Source: Bradymonadia bacterium
GTDB lineage: Bacteria; Myxococcota_A; Bradymonadia; UBA7976; UBA1532
DNA: 64,000 nucleotides
Assembly: GCA_046290225.1 (NCBI GenBank)
Contig: JBKAGE010000036.1
Coordinates: 1 to 64,000, forward strand
Direction: 5' to 3'
Made by a program: the position numbers and the translations under genes. This document shows positions 8,926 through 17,698 of this stretch, piece after piece; position 1 is the stretch's first letter, and each line of letters begins with the position of its first letter. The notes under the pieces are model-generated. The model had not been told where the DNA came from and did no database searches. It saw only the letters and a program-made list of their open reading frames with translations.

Positions 8926-10689
8926 ATGAGCCCCACCACCCCCGAACCTCTGACCACGCTGGGTCGCTATCAGCTGATCCGCAGGCTCGCCTCTGGCGGC
9001 ATGGGCGAGGTCTATCTCGGGGAGCTCAAGGGCGCCGCGAACTTCTCCCGGCAGGTGGCCATCAAGCGCATCCTGCCCCACCTGGCCAAAGATCAAGCCT
9101 TCGTGGCCCGCTTCATCGACGAGGCCAACGTCATGGTGCAGCTGCACCACGGCAACATCGTCTCGGTGCAGGAGCTCGTCGACGAAGGGGGCGAGCTGTT
9201 CCTGGTGATGGACTACCTGCCCGGGCGGGATCTCAAGGCGTTGATCAAGCGCCTCGATCATCGCCAGGCCCCCATCTCTCCAGACATGGCCCTCTACATC
9301 ACCGCAGAGGTGCTCTCGGGCCTCGACTATGCCCATCACCGGGTTGATGGGCAGGGCGCCCCCCTTGCCATCGTGCACCGGGACGTGAGCCCGGCGAACG
9401 TGCTCCTCGGGGCTGCAGGCGAGGTCAAGCTCACCGACTTCGGCGTGGCCAGGGCCCGCGGCGGCGTCCACCAGAGCGTCTCTGGCGCTCTACAGGGCAA
9501 GTTCGTCTACATGAGCCCCGAGCAGGCAGATGGGCAGCCACTCGATCACCGCAGCGACATCTTCTCTGTTGGCCTTGTCCTCTATGAGCTGCTCACTGGC
9601 GCTCGGCCTTTCGCCGCTGACACCGACACGGAGATTCTTCGCAAGGTGCGCACAGCAGCCGTGGAGCCTCCGAGCACACTGCGTGCAGATCTGCCGCCAG
9701 AGGTGGACAGCCTGGTGATGAAGGCCCTCGAGCGGGATCCAGGGGACCGCTTCACCGATGCGGCGGCGTTCCAGATCGCCATCCGCGATCAGCTCGCTGC
9801 CATGGGCAGTACCCTCGGCGCCCGAGCCCTCGCCGATGTACTCGCTCAAGTGTTTCCAGAGGGCGTCGTGCCCACTGGAGCCGCTGATCGGCCCATGTCC
9901 ATCGACGATGCTCTGCTCGCCCAGCTCGAGGGCCCCGGGCAGACTTCGGACCTGACCTTCACCACTGGCTCGGGCAACCGCAGCCGCACCTTCACCCTCA
10001 CAGGTGAAGAAGGCCCCGTGACCCCAGGCACACCCACCTCGGGCGTCGGCGCCCCCGTGGTGAGCGTCGATCCGGTCTCCTTCGACACTGGTCGCCCTGC
10101 AGACGTGGCCCCTGTCGGTGAGTCGTCGGTGGAGATGACACCGCCCAAGCGACCTTTCTACCGGCTGATTTTTGCGGGGACAGTCCTCGGCGGGGCGCTC
10201 ACTGCAGGCCTCATCTACTGGCCGAGCTATGCGGAGCTGTACGTCGATGCTGAGCCTGCCCACGCCACCCTCACCTTGGGGGATGTGCGGTTCTCGAAGG
10301 CCGACCTGCCATTGCAGGTGCGTCGTCGAACGACGGTTCAGGTGTGCGCCACCGCTGAAGGCTACCAACAAGACTGTGACCAGGTAGAGATCAACGGGCG
10401 TGAGGTGCGCCACACCATGACGTTGGCGGCGAAGTACAGCACCTTCAGCTTTGACGTGACGCCGAAGGTTGTGGAAGACGAGGTGCGCATCCTCGTCGAT
10501 GAGCGGCCCACCGATTTCGGGTACGACAGTCAGGTGAAGCTCTCCCTCAACACAGGCCACACCTTCACTCTCCAGAGTGTGCCCGAGGGCTACACCTTCG
10601 AGCCCCTCACCATGTCAGCCCAGGAGCTGCGCGACCGCAGCGACATCCCCATCGCGCTCACGCCGAAAGCAGATCCGCCCTCCCCTTGA
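8926..10689 (+). CDS. Membrane Ser/Thr protein kinase with extracytoplasmic PEGA-like domain
   Basis: GGMGEVY, VAIK, HRDVSPAN, DFG, GKFVYMSPEQ; TM LIFAGTVLGGALTAGLIYW. Confidence 0.95.
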   Translation: MSPTTPEPLTTLGRYQLIRRLASGGMGEVYLGELKGAANFSRQVAIKRILPHLAKDQAFVARFIDEANVMVQLHHGNIVSVQELVDEGGELFLVMDYLPGRDLKALIKRLDHRQAPISPDMALYITAEVLSGLDYAHHRVDGQGAPLAIVHRDVSPANVLLGAAGEVKLTDFGVARARGGVHQSVSGALQGKFVYMSPEQADGQPLDHRSDIFSVGLVLYELLTGARPFAADTDTEILRKVRTAAVEPPSTLRADLPPEVDSLVMKALERDPGDRFTDAAAFQIAIRDQLAAMGSTLGARALADVLAQVFPEGVVPTGAADRPMSIDDALLAQLEGPGQTSDLTFTTGSGNRSRTFTLTGEEGPVTPGTPTSGVGAPVVSVDPVSFDTGRPADVAPVGESSVEMTPPKRPFYRLIFAGTVLGGALTAGLIYWPSYAELYVDAEPAHATLTLGDVRFSKADLPLQVRRRTTVQVCATAEGYQQDCDQVEINGREVRHTMTLAAKYSTFSFDVTPKVVEDEVRILVDERPTDFGYDSQVKLSLNTGHTFTLQSVPEGYTFEPLTMSAQELRDRSDIPIALTPKADPPSP

Positions 10690-10794
10690 GCGCTTTCACG
10701 AGAAATCCGCTTTGATTTCCGTGACCGTCCATCACAATGGACCCACAATGCCGCCGGTGGCCCCGAGGCCAGATCATCATCACGAGTCGTTTTT

Positions 10795-12186
10795 GTGAGC
10801 ACTGACGTCACCCGCACCCTCATGAGATCGCCCGACCTCGAGCGACTCACCACCCGGACGTACACCCTCGAGGTCCTCGAGGGCCCTGATGCGGGTCTGA
10901 AGCTCACCACCGGCGCCCGCGTGGTCCGGATGGGCACTCACCCAGAGTGTGAGTTCGAACTCAACGAGAGCACCACCAGCCGCTTTCACGCCCGCATCGA
11001 GATCGATCCTCTGGGTCACCGACTCATCGACGAAACGAGCAAAAACGGCACCTTCGTGCACAAGATGCGGATCAAAGATCTATATCTGACCACAGACACA
11101 CGGATCCGCATCGGCACCAACATCATCCGATACACCCCAGGCAGTGATCAGGTGGAGATCTCGCTCACCCGGGAGCACCAGTTCGGTGACCTCCTCGGTC
11201 AGAGCGCCGCCATGCGGGAGATCTTCGCGGTGCTTTCGCGAGTCGCCCCCACCGACGCGACAGTGCTCGTGGAGGGCGAATCTGGTACAGGCAAAGAGCT
11301 GGTGGCTCAAGCCCTGCACCACCACTCGCAGCGCAGCGACAGCCCCCTGGTGGTCTTCGACTGCTCGGCGGTGAACCCCAGCCTCATCGAGTCCGAGCTC
11401 TTTGGCCACGTGAAGGGCGCCTTCACTGGAGCCACAGGGGCTCGCTCAGGGGCCTTTGAGCGGGCCGATGGTGGAACGCTCTTCCTCGACGAGATCGGAG
11501 AGCTGCCCCTCGATCTGCAGCCCAAGCTGTTGCGGGCCTTGGAACAACGGGAGATTCGACCCGTCGGTGGCAACCGCCCGGTGCGCTTCAATGCCCGCAT
11601 CGTCGCCGCCACGAACCGCAGCCTGCAAAAAGAGGCGCGCCTCAATCAGTTCCGAGAGGACCTCTATTACCGGCTGGCGGTGGTGCGTCTCGTGCTCCCG
11701 CCTCTGAGGCGCCGCACAGAAGACATCCCCCTGCTGGTCCGAGCCTTCCTCGATGAATTCAACACCCGCGGCGACACCCAGGTCCAAGTGGGCTACGACA
11801 CCATCATCAAGCTGCAAAAACACCCGTGGCCCGGCAACGTGCGCGAGCTGCGGAACTTCGTCGAGCGGGCCACCATGCTCGCCACCGACGATCGACTCGA
11901 GACGCGCTATCTCGCCCCACCCTCTGTCGGTGACACCCGAGACTCTGGTGTTCAAGCAGACCTGCAACCGGGCAGCCAGCCAGGGTGGGCTCTGATAGAC
12001 GAGGCTTTGCCTTTCAAAGATGCCAAGGCCCGTCTGGTCGACGGATTCGAGCGGGCGTACTGGCAACGTCTGCTCGAGAAGACCGAGGGCAACGTCAGCG
12101 CCGCGGCACGCATCGCCGGGGTGCATCGAAAGAGCGCTGAGTACCTGCTCAAAAAGCTCGATTTAAAGCCAGATCAGTCCGGGTGA
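10795..12186 (+). CDS. FHA-domain sigma54-dependent enhancer-binding protein
   Basis: [44 protein letters not shown]-terminal Fis-type HTH. Confidence 0.95.
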   Translation: MSTDVTRTLMRSPDLERLTTRTYTLEVLEGPDAGLKLTTGARVVRMGTHPECEFELNESTTSRFHARIEIDPLGHRLIDETSKNGTFVHKMRIKDLYLTTDTRIRIGTNIIRYTPGSDQVEISLTREHQFGDLLGQSAAMREIFAVLSRVAPTDATVLVEGESGTGKELVAQALHHHSQRSDSPLVVFDCSAVNPSLIESELFGHVKGAFTGATGARSGAFERADGGTLFLDEIGELPLDLQPKLLRALEQREIRPVGGNRPVRFNARIVAATNRSLQKEARLNQFREDLYYRLAVVRLVLPPLRRRTEDIPLLVRAFLDEFNTRGDTQVQVGYDTIIKLQKHPWPGNVRELRNFVERATMLATDDRLETRYLAPPSVGDTRDSGVQADLQPGSQPGWALIDEALPFKDAKARLVDGFERAYWQRLLEKTEGNVSAAARIAGVHRKSAEYLLKKLDLKPDQSG

Positions 12187-12197
12187 CTCACCAGGCT

Positions 12198-12224
12198 TTA
12201 CTTTTCTCCGTCACCAGCCGAAAC
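12198..12224 (+). promoter_or_regulatory. Putative sigma28 (FliA)-like promoter
   Basis: TTACTTTT-N11-GCCGAAAC versus consensus TAAAGTTT-N11-GCCGATAA; +1 would fall near 12232-12234. Confidence 0.45.
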
Positions 12225-12233
12225 TCCTCTCAT

Positions 12234-12545
12234 GCATCAGGTGCCCCGATGGGGCCTGTGCCTGACCAGGGACGCTCTTCGTCGAGATCCGGCGCTCCCC
12301 TGACATGGCGTGCATGAGCCGATGGTATCGAACGTGCTCGTCCCTCGACGGCGCAGATACAGGTTGACGATGCTTCACCCGGACTTCCAATTTGCTGGCG
12401 GTCCACAGCGTGCAGGCGTTTCAACGGTATCAGGCGTCGACGTCGCGAGCCTGAGGTCTCCTTCGGGCGCACCCATGTACTGGGCGGAGTTTCGTCTTTA
12501 CGAGCGGGCAAACTGGGGGCCAGGCTCTTTCAGAGCACCTGATGC
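12234..12545 (+). ncRNA. Candidate structured ncRNA (alternatively REP-doublet/MITE) bounded by 25-bp quasi-inverted repeats
   Basis: Perfect 11-bp IR GCATCAGGTGC/GCACCTGATGC; terminal hairpins with compensatory changes; T6 tract at 12546-12551; no credible ORF. Confidence 0.5.
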
Positions 12546-12607
12546 TTTTTTGCTTTCTGGAATGTTCGAGCGATCACTCGGGCGAGCTCAATCGCCCCAT
12601 CAGGCCC

Positions 12608-13276
12608 TCAGGCCTGATTGCGAGCCCTCACCGGGTTGGTGAGTTCGAGTCGCTCCATCCATGCCCCCTCTACCCGCTCCCGCAACCTGACGCTGACCTC
12701 ATCGCCATCGAGTAGAGGGCCCACGCCCTCTGGCGTGCCCAGCGAGACGATGTCTCCCGGGCTCAAGCGCATGATGGCGCTGATGAAGGCCAGCGCTTCG
12801 CCTGGAGGGAACATGAGATCGTCGAGGGTGCCCCGCTGTCGCACCTGACCGTTCACGGCGCAGCTCACCTCACAGGCAGACCAGTCCAGGCCAGAAACGA
12901 GGGTGTCGCTGATGGGGCAGAAAGTGTCGAAGCCCTTCGCCCGAGTAAAACGGCCCTTGTCAGCCCGCTGCAGATCACGGGCGGTGACGTCGTTGAGCAG
13001 CGTCCAGCCAGCGATGGCCTGCAGCGCCTCTTCTGGCGTGGCGTGGCTCAGGGGCTCACCCACCACGAGGGCCATCTCACCTTCGTGGTGCACCTCGTTG
13101 CTCTGCTCAGGCAAGACAATGGGCTCGCCAGGGCCGATGACAGCGGACTCAGGCTTGAGAAAGATGACCGGCCACTCGGGGATCGGGTTGCCCAGCTCGA
13201 TGGCATGAGCGCCGAAGTTTCGGCCGACACAGATGATTTTTCCGTTGGGAGGTCGGGGCGAGAAGGTCGGGGCCAT
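12608..13276 (-). CDS. Fumarylacetoacetate hydrolase family protein
   Basis: KIICVGRNF, FLKPES, HHEGEMA, NDVTARDLQ, RAKGFDTFCP, GTPEGVGP. Confidence 0.93.
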   Translation of the reverse strand: MAPTFSPRPPNGKIICVGRNFGAHAIELGNPIPEWPVIFLKPESAVIGPGEPIVLPEQSNEVHHEGEMALVVGEPLSHATPEEALQAIAGWTLLNDVTARDLQRADKGRFTRAKGFDTFCPISDTLVSGLDWSACEVSCAVNGQVRQRGTLDDLMFPPGEALAFISAIMRLSPGDIVSLGTPEGVGPLLDGDEVSVRLRERVEGAWMERLELTNPVRARNQA

Positions 13277-13309
13277 GAGAAGCCTCAGGAGGGCGCTGGA
13301 GAGAGAAGC

Positions 13310-14362
13310 TTACTTCTTCTCTTCTTCCTTCTTGGGCTCGGCACCCTCGGGGGGCACTTTGCAGACACAATCGGTGACCTGGTTGCCCTTGGCCACTGCC
13401 TCGTCGTGGTACAGCGCGCAGGCGCCCTTGTCCTCGAACTTCTTCTCGCGCTTGGCCTTGGCGTCGTACAGGAAGTAGTACTCGCAGTTGATGGGCACGA
13501 GATCGATGATGCGGGCCAACTTGTAATCGCCGGTGGTGTCGTCTTTGGTCCAGATGTGCTCGGCGACACTGAACTCGTAAGGCTCGTAGCCCTCGAGCTC
13601 GAGGCGGAACTTGTAGGTCTGGCCGATGTCCATGTCGAGCATGTTCGTCGGGGTTTTGGCGACGATCTCTTCCTGAGTCTCGGGATCCTTGGTGATGATC
13701 TTCTCACCGTTCTTGAAGATCACCGCCTGCTCAGGGTTCGACTCGATGCGCAGGATGCCGTACTTCTTCTGCTTGGCCAGCTGCTCTTCGAGGTGCTTCT
13801 TCTCGATGGCCTCTCGCTCGGCCTTCTTGGCGGCGATGGCCTCGGGAGACGACACCTTCTGAAGGGCGTATGCGCCACCACCGATGGCGCCGATGACCAG
13901 GATGAAAAGCAGCAGGTTGATGATGCCACCACCGCTGGTGAGCTCTTCGTCGTTGACGAAGTCCTTCACCGCTTCGGGATCACCGCCAGCACCCATGAGC
14001 ATGTCGGTGACGCTCTCGTGGTCAGGATCGACAGGCCAGGCGTTGAAGGGCTTGCGGCCACCGTTCTCGGCAGGCTTCGAAGCGCCCTTGTCACCGCCCT
14101 TTTTGCCCTTCGCGCCGCCCTTTTCGAGGGCGACGCGGCCTTCCTCGGCGGGCACGACGCTTTCTTCCTTGTCGTCTTCAGAGTCGTCTTTGCCGTAGCC
14201 CTTGCCATCTTCTTTGGCCAGGTAGGGGTTGGACTCGTCGCCGTCCTTCTTGGAGCCGCTCTCTTGCGACTCCTCTTCTGCGCCGACGTCCTTGGCAAGC
14301 TCATCGATGATGGCGTCGGTGGACTCGCCTGAGTTCTTACCCGGCTCTTTCTTCTTCGCCAT
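13310..14362 (-). CDS. Single-pass membrane protein with PEGA-like domain
   Basis: Acidic/Lys-rich N-terminus, TM IINLLLFILVIGAIGGGAY, LRIESNPEQAVIF, C-terminal Cys residues. Confidence 0.8.
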   Translation of the reverse strand: MAKKKEPGKNSGESTDAIIDELAKDVGAEEESQESGSKKDGDESNPYLAKEDGKGYGKDDSEDDKEESVVPAEEGRVALEKGGAKGKKGGDKGASKPAENGGRKPFNAWPVDPDHESVTDMLMGAGGDPEAVKDFVNDEELTSGGGIINLLLFILVIGAIGGGAYALQKVSSPEAIAAKKAEREAIEKKHLEEQLAKQKKYGILRIESNPEQAVIFKNGEKIITKDPETQEEIVAKTPTNMLDMDIGQTYKFRLELEGYEPYEFSVAEHIWTKDDTTGDYKLARIIDLVPINCEYYFLYDAKAKREKKFEDKGACALYHDEAVAKGNQVTDCVCKVPPEGAEPKKEEEKK

Positions 14363-14530
14363 GGGCCATTCGCCTTTACTGTCCGGCCGAGGGCCGGTCC
14401 GCGTTGGTCAAGATTCCGCGCTGCTCAGGATTTTGATCATAAAATGCTGAACGTTTCCGACGCTCTTACCTGCCATCAAGCCTCAGGTCAAGTGCACCTC
14501 GATGCACTGACCCACTCTGGTTCGCCCGCC

Positions 14531-14559
14531 TTGACGCCCCCGTGGAGGTCCCTTATCGT
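14531..14559 (+). promoter_or_regulatory. sigma70-type promoter
   Basis: TTGACG-N17-TATCGT about 50 bp upstream of the ATG at 14608. Confidence 0.6.
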
Positions 14560-14607
14560 AAACCGCTGGCATCACAGGCTTTACCTATCCGCCCCCACAG
14601 GACTTCC

Positions 14608-15582
14608 ATGGCCTCGGAACGTAAGGAAAACTCGGTTCTGTTCAGCCTCAAGGAGCTGAAGGATCTCACGGCAGACGATCCGACCCCTGCTCCTCGCAAG
14701 GCGCCCGAGCAGGTCAACGTTTCCACCACGGGGCGTAGATCGTCGGCGTTCATCGACGACACCGACTCCCTGCTCGCGGACATCCGCGGCGCCGTGGACG
14801 AGGAGGCGGAGGCCGAACGGACCCGCCTCGAAGCGGAGCGCGCTGCCAAGGCTCAAGCCGAAGAGCGAGAGCGTCAAGAGACAGCAGCGCTCCAGCGCGC
14901 AGAGATCGAAGCGCGCATCGCCGCTGAGAAGGCTCGCCAGCGGGCAGCAGCAGAAGAGCGTGAGGCCCGGGCCCACGCCATCGACATCGCCGAGCGCCGC
15001 GCTCGGGGTGAGATCATCGAAGAAGATCAACCCGCCGTTGCTGCTGCAGTGGTGCCTCAGCAGGCCCAGGCCGCAGCCACGGTCGCCCAGGCACAGGCGA
15101 GCCCGGCAACCCCCACGGCCCCTGCTCAAGAAGAGAAGAGCCGCGGCGCTGGTTTCTACGCCATGATCGTGGCCATCGTGGCTTTGGTCTGCGGCACGGT
15201 GGTGGCCATCGTCATGATCATGCAGCCTGATCCTCCACCTGAGGTGAAGGAGCCGCCCATCGCCAAGAAGCCGGTCTCTCAGGAGCCGGTGACGGTCTCC
15301 GCAGGCGAGCCCATGCCCAAACCGGATCCGGTCCCTGTGGCTGCGCCCCCTGCCCCTGACGCCGAGGTGGAAGAAGAGGTGGCCGATGCCGGGCCACCCG
15401 ACGCCGGTGAGAAGAAGGTGGCCACCAACAAGCGCCGTCGTAAGCGCCGGAACAGCGGCAAGCGAGGGGGCACCAAGACCGCCAGTAAGGGCTCTGAGAA
15501 GGGCAAGGACGGCAAGGGCGGTAAGGACACCGGGGGCGGCGGCCCTGCCCCACTCACCCTCGACCTCGACACCATGCAGTAA
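14608..15582 (+). CDS. Coiled-coil single-pass membrane protein
   Basis: N-terminal ERKENSVLFSLKEL, E/R/A-rich coiled coil, TM helix, Pro-rich then basic tail. Confidence 0.8.
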   Translation: MASERKENSVLFSLKELKDLTADDPTPAPRKAPEQVNVSTTGRRSSAFIDDTDSLLADIRGAVDEEAEAERTRLEAERAAKAQAEERERQETAALQRAEIEARIAAEKARQRAAAEEREARAHAIDIAERRARGEIIEEDQPAVAAAVVPQQAQAAATVAQAQASPATPTAPAQEEKSRGAGFYAMIVAIVALVCGTVVAIVMIMQPDPPPEVKEPPIAKKPVSQEPVTVSAGEPMPKPDPVPVAAPPAPDAEVEEEVADAGPPDAGEKKVATNKRRRKRRNSGKRGGTKTASKGSEKGKDGKGGKDTGGGGPAPLTLDLDTMQ

Positions 15583-15671
15583 GAAGCCCTCGCCCGGTCG
15601 CCTCACCTCGGCGACCTGCTGACCTCACCTGGGCCTCGCGCAGAGCATTCTCCCCCACACTCCGCTGATGA

Positions 15672-17501
15672 TTACAGGCAGACGCCGAAGGCCCACCCAG
15701 GCTGCTCGGCACAGGTCTGTCCATCGGGGCAGTCCGCTGCAGCAGGATCACAGAGCGCGAGGCACACATCTCCACCACCGGGGTCGGCGCAGAGGGCCTG
15801 ATCGGCACACTCGGTGTTCTCAGTACAGGGCTGCCCCAACGCCACCTGCCCAGCAGCAGTGCAGATGCCCTGATTGTCGATGAGGGTGTAAGGCCGGCAG
15901 TTCAGCCCACCAGCGCAGTCATTGGCCGTGACCTCACAATCCGACAAGAGACACAGACCCAACAGGCGCGTCTCGTCTTGTGGGGTTTGAGGATCGTCGT
16001 CGCTGCCGAAGTCGACGCACGCCTCCCCTGCTGCACAGGCTGCAGCGAGAGGATTGCAGAGCGAAGCACAGTAGCCCCGGGCATCCCAGTTCTGACCAGG
16101 GTCCAGGGGGTCATCCGGATCTTCGACACACAGCAGGCCGCTGGCACACTGGAGCGAGCGAGCGTTGGCGTCCCGACCTTCTTCTTGTGCATTGCACGGC
16201 TGGCCAGCAGCGGCAGTACCGGCCTCGATGCAGAGGCCAAAGTCGTTGGGATCTGCAGGATTACCACGCTCCACCGGCATGCAGGTACCCTCCCACTGCC
16301 GTTGACTGCCCACTGTGCAGTCGCCATAGAGGGTGCCGTTGTTCTGTGAAGGGCCACACAAATTGTAGTAGCAGACGTTCCCGGAGTTCTGAGTGGCCAG
16401 GCAGGCGCGGTCCGAGGGACAAGCGGCGTCATTGACGCAGCTGAACAGGCAAAACCCGCCCCCATTCTGAAGGGGCACGCAGGTCTGACTGGCATCGCAG
16501 TCGTTCTGCACATTGCAGTCAGAGAACTCGGGGATGATGCATCGCCCGGCACTGCAGCTGCGATCAAGAGGGCAGTGGTAATCAGTGACGCAGGTACCGT
16601 TGTCCCGAATGCAACGCCCCTCGTTGCACACTTCTCCCGCTGCACATGGATATGGGCAGGGTGCCGGGGGCACTTCACACAAGCCCGTACCTTCGTTACA
16701 CACCTGACCCTCGTTGCAGCCCACCTCTCGACAGTCGGGCAAGCACACTCCGCCGATGTCTTCTACGGGCGCACAGGTCCACCCCTCACGACAGGGCTCA
16801 TTCTCGTCGCACTGCTCGAAACAGATCTGTGAGTCGGCATTGGGCAGACACAACCGACCAGAGCCGCAATCCGCCGTACGCTCACATTCGACCAGACAGA
16901 ACCCCCCAGGGATGGGGTTGTCAGGGTTGTCGGGGGGCAAACACATGCCCACCCCACAGTCCTCGTTGCGTAGACAGGGGCCTGCAGGCTGGCCCGTCTC
17001 GCTGCTCACGCAGACGCCGGTCTCGGGATCACAGCGCTCGCCGATGTCGCAGATGACCCCCATACACGGATCACCCATGGGCTCGCCACCAGCGCCCCCC
17101 TGATCGCCGCCCACAGGCTCACCGCCCGCTCCACCCGGCACGCCTCCCATACCGCCCGTGTCGCCACCAGCACCACCCATGGGCTCACCGCCAGCACCGC
17201 CCGCGGGCTCGCCGCCGATGGGGCCAAAGTCCGAGAGTTCGCGCACGATGGCGTCGACCTCTCGGGGGCCGCCGCCACATGTGCCGCTGGCTTGAGAGAT
17301 CATGCCGTTGGTGCACACGGATTCGATGCAGGCACCCTCGGCCGTGTTGCCGTTGTCGAGTCTCAGCTCACAGCAGGGGCCCGAGCGACCGTCGGCGAGC
17401 ACACACTCTTCACCGAGGGTGTCGGCGCAGCCACCTACGAGGGCGGCGGCACCCATCCACAACGCCGCACGCCGGACCATGTGCACCAGTGAGATCATCA
17501 T
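15672..17501 (-). CDS. Cys-rich repeat lipoprotein
   Basis: VGGC lipobox, Gly-rich linker, many repeated Cys modules; AGGAG RBS. Confidence 0.85.
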   Translation of the reverse strand: MMISLVHMVRRAALWMGAAALVGGCADTLGEECVLADGRSGPCCELRLDNGNTAEGACIESVCTNGMISQASGTCGGGPREVDAIVRELSDFGPIGGEPAGGAGGEPMGGAGGDTGGMGGVPGGAGGEPVGGDQGGAGGEPMGDPCMGVICDIGERCDPETGVCVSSETGQPAGPCLRNEDCGVGMCLPPDNPDNPIPGGFCLVECERTADCGSGRLCLPNADSQICFEQCDENEPCREGWTCAPVEDIGGVCLPDCREVGCNEGQVCNEGTGLCEVPPAPCPYPCAAGEVCNEGRCIRDNGTCVTDYHCPLDRSCSAGRCIIPEFSDCNVQNDCDASQTCVPLQNGGGFCLFSCVNDAACPSDRACLATQNSGNVCYYNLCGPSQNNGTLYGDCTVGSQRQWEGTCMPVERGNPADPNDFGLCIEAGTAAAGQPCNAQEEGRDANARSLQCASGLLCVEDPDDPLDPGQNWDARGYCASLCNPLAAACAAGEACVDFGSDDDPQTPQDETRLLGLCLLSDCEVTANDCAGGLNCRPYTLIDNQGICTAAGQVALGQPCTENTECADQALCADPGGGDVCLALCDPAAADCPDGQTCAEQPGWAFGVCL

Positions 17502-17616
17502 CACTCCTCTCGTCGACATCACCTGTGTGGCCTACCTTGCCCGATTTGCCGACGCAGGCGCAAAGGTGGAGCAACGGCCGCTGCTCCATGGCTGGCTCTG
17601 GGAAAACTGGCCCCAT

Positions 17617-17650
17617 AAAAAAAGGCCCGGCCAAAATGGCCGAGCCTTCT
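17617..17650 (-). terminator. Intrinsic terminator
   Basis: Minus strand AAGGCTCGGCCA-TTT-TGGCCGGGCC followed by a T7 tract, after the 17699 stop. Confidence 0.85.
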
Positions 17651-17698
17651 TCGATAGATGGCCGAGCTCACACTCGGCGCATCATCGAGTACCAGACC

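Noticed and set aside
12234..12545. Retron msr-msd, RNase P, tmRNA, SRP or CsrB identity for the IR-bounded element
   Set aside because: No adjacent reverse transcriptase; lacks the GAGGAAAGUCC/CGGCUUA, tRNA-like end and SRP loop motifs; only about three GGA sites
12230..12642. ORFs 12230-12511 (-) and 12310-12642 (+)
   Set aside because: No RBS, atypical codon usage and no motifs; the region is better explained by the structured element
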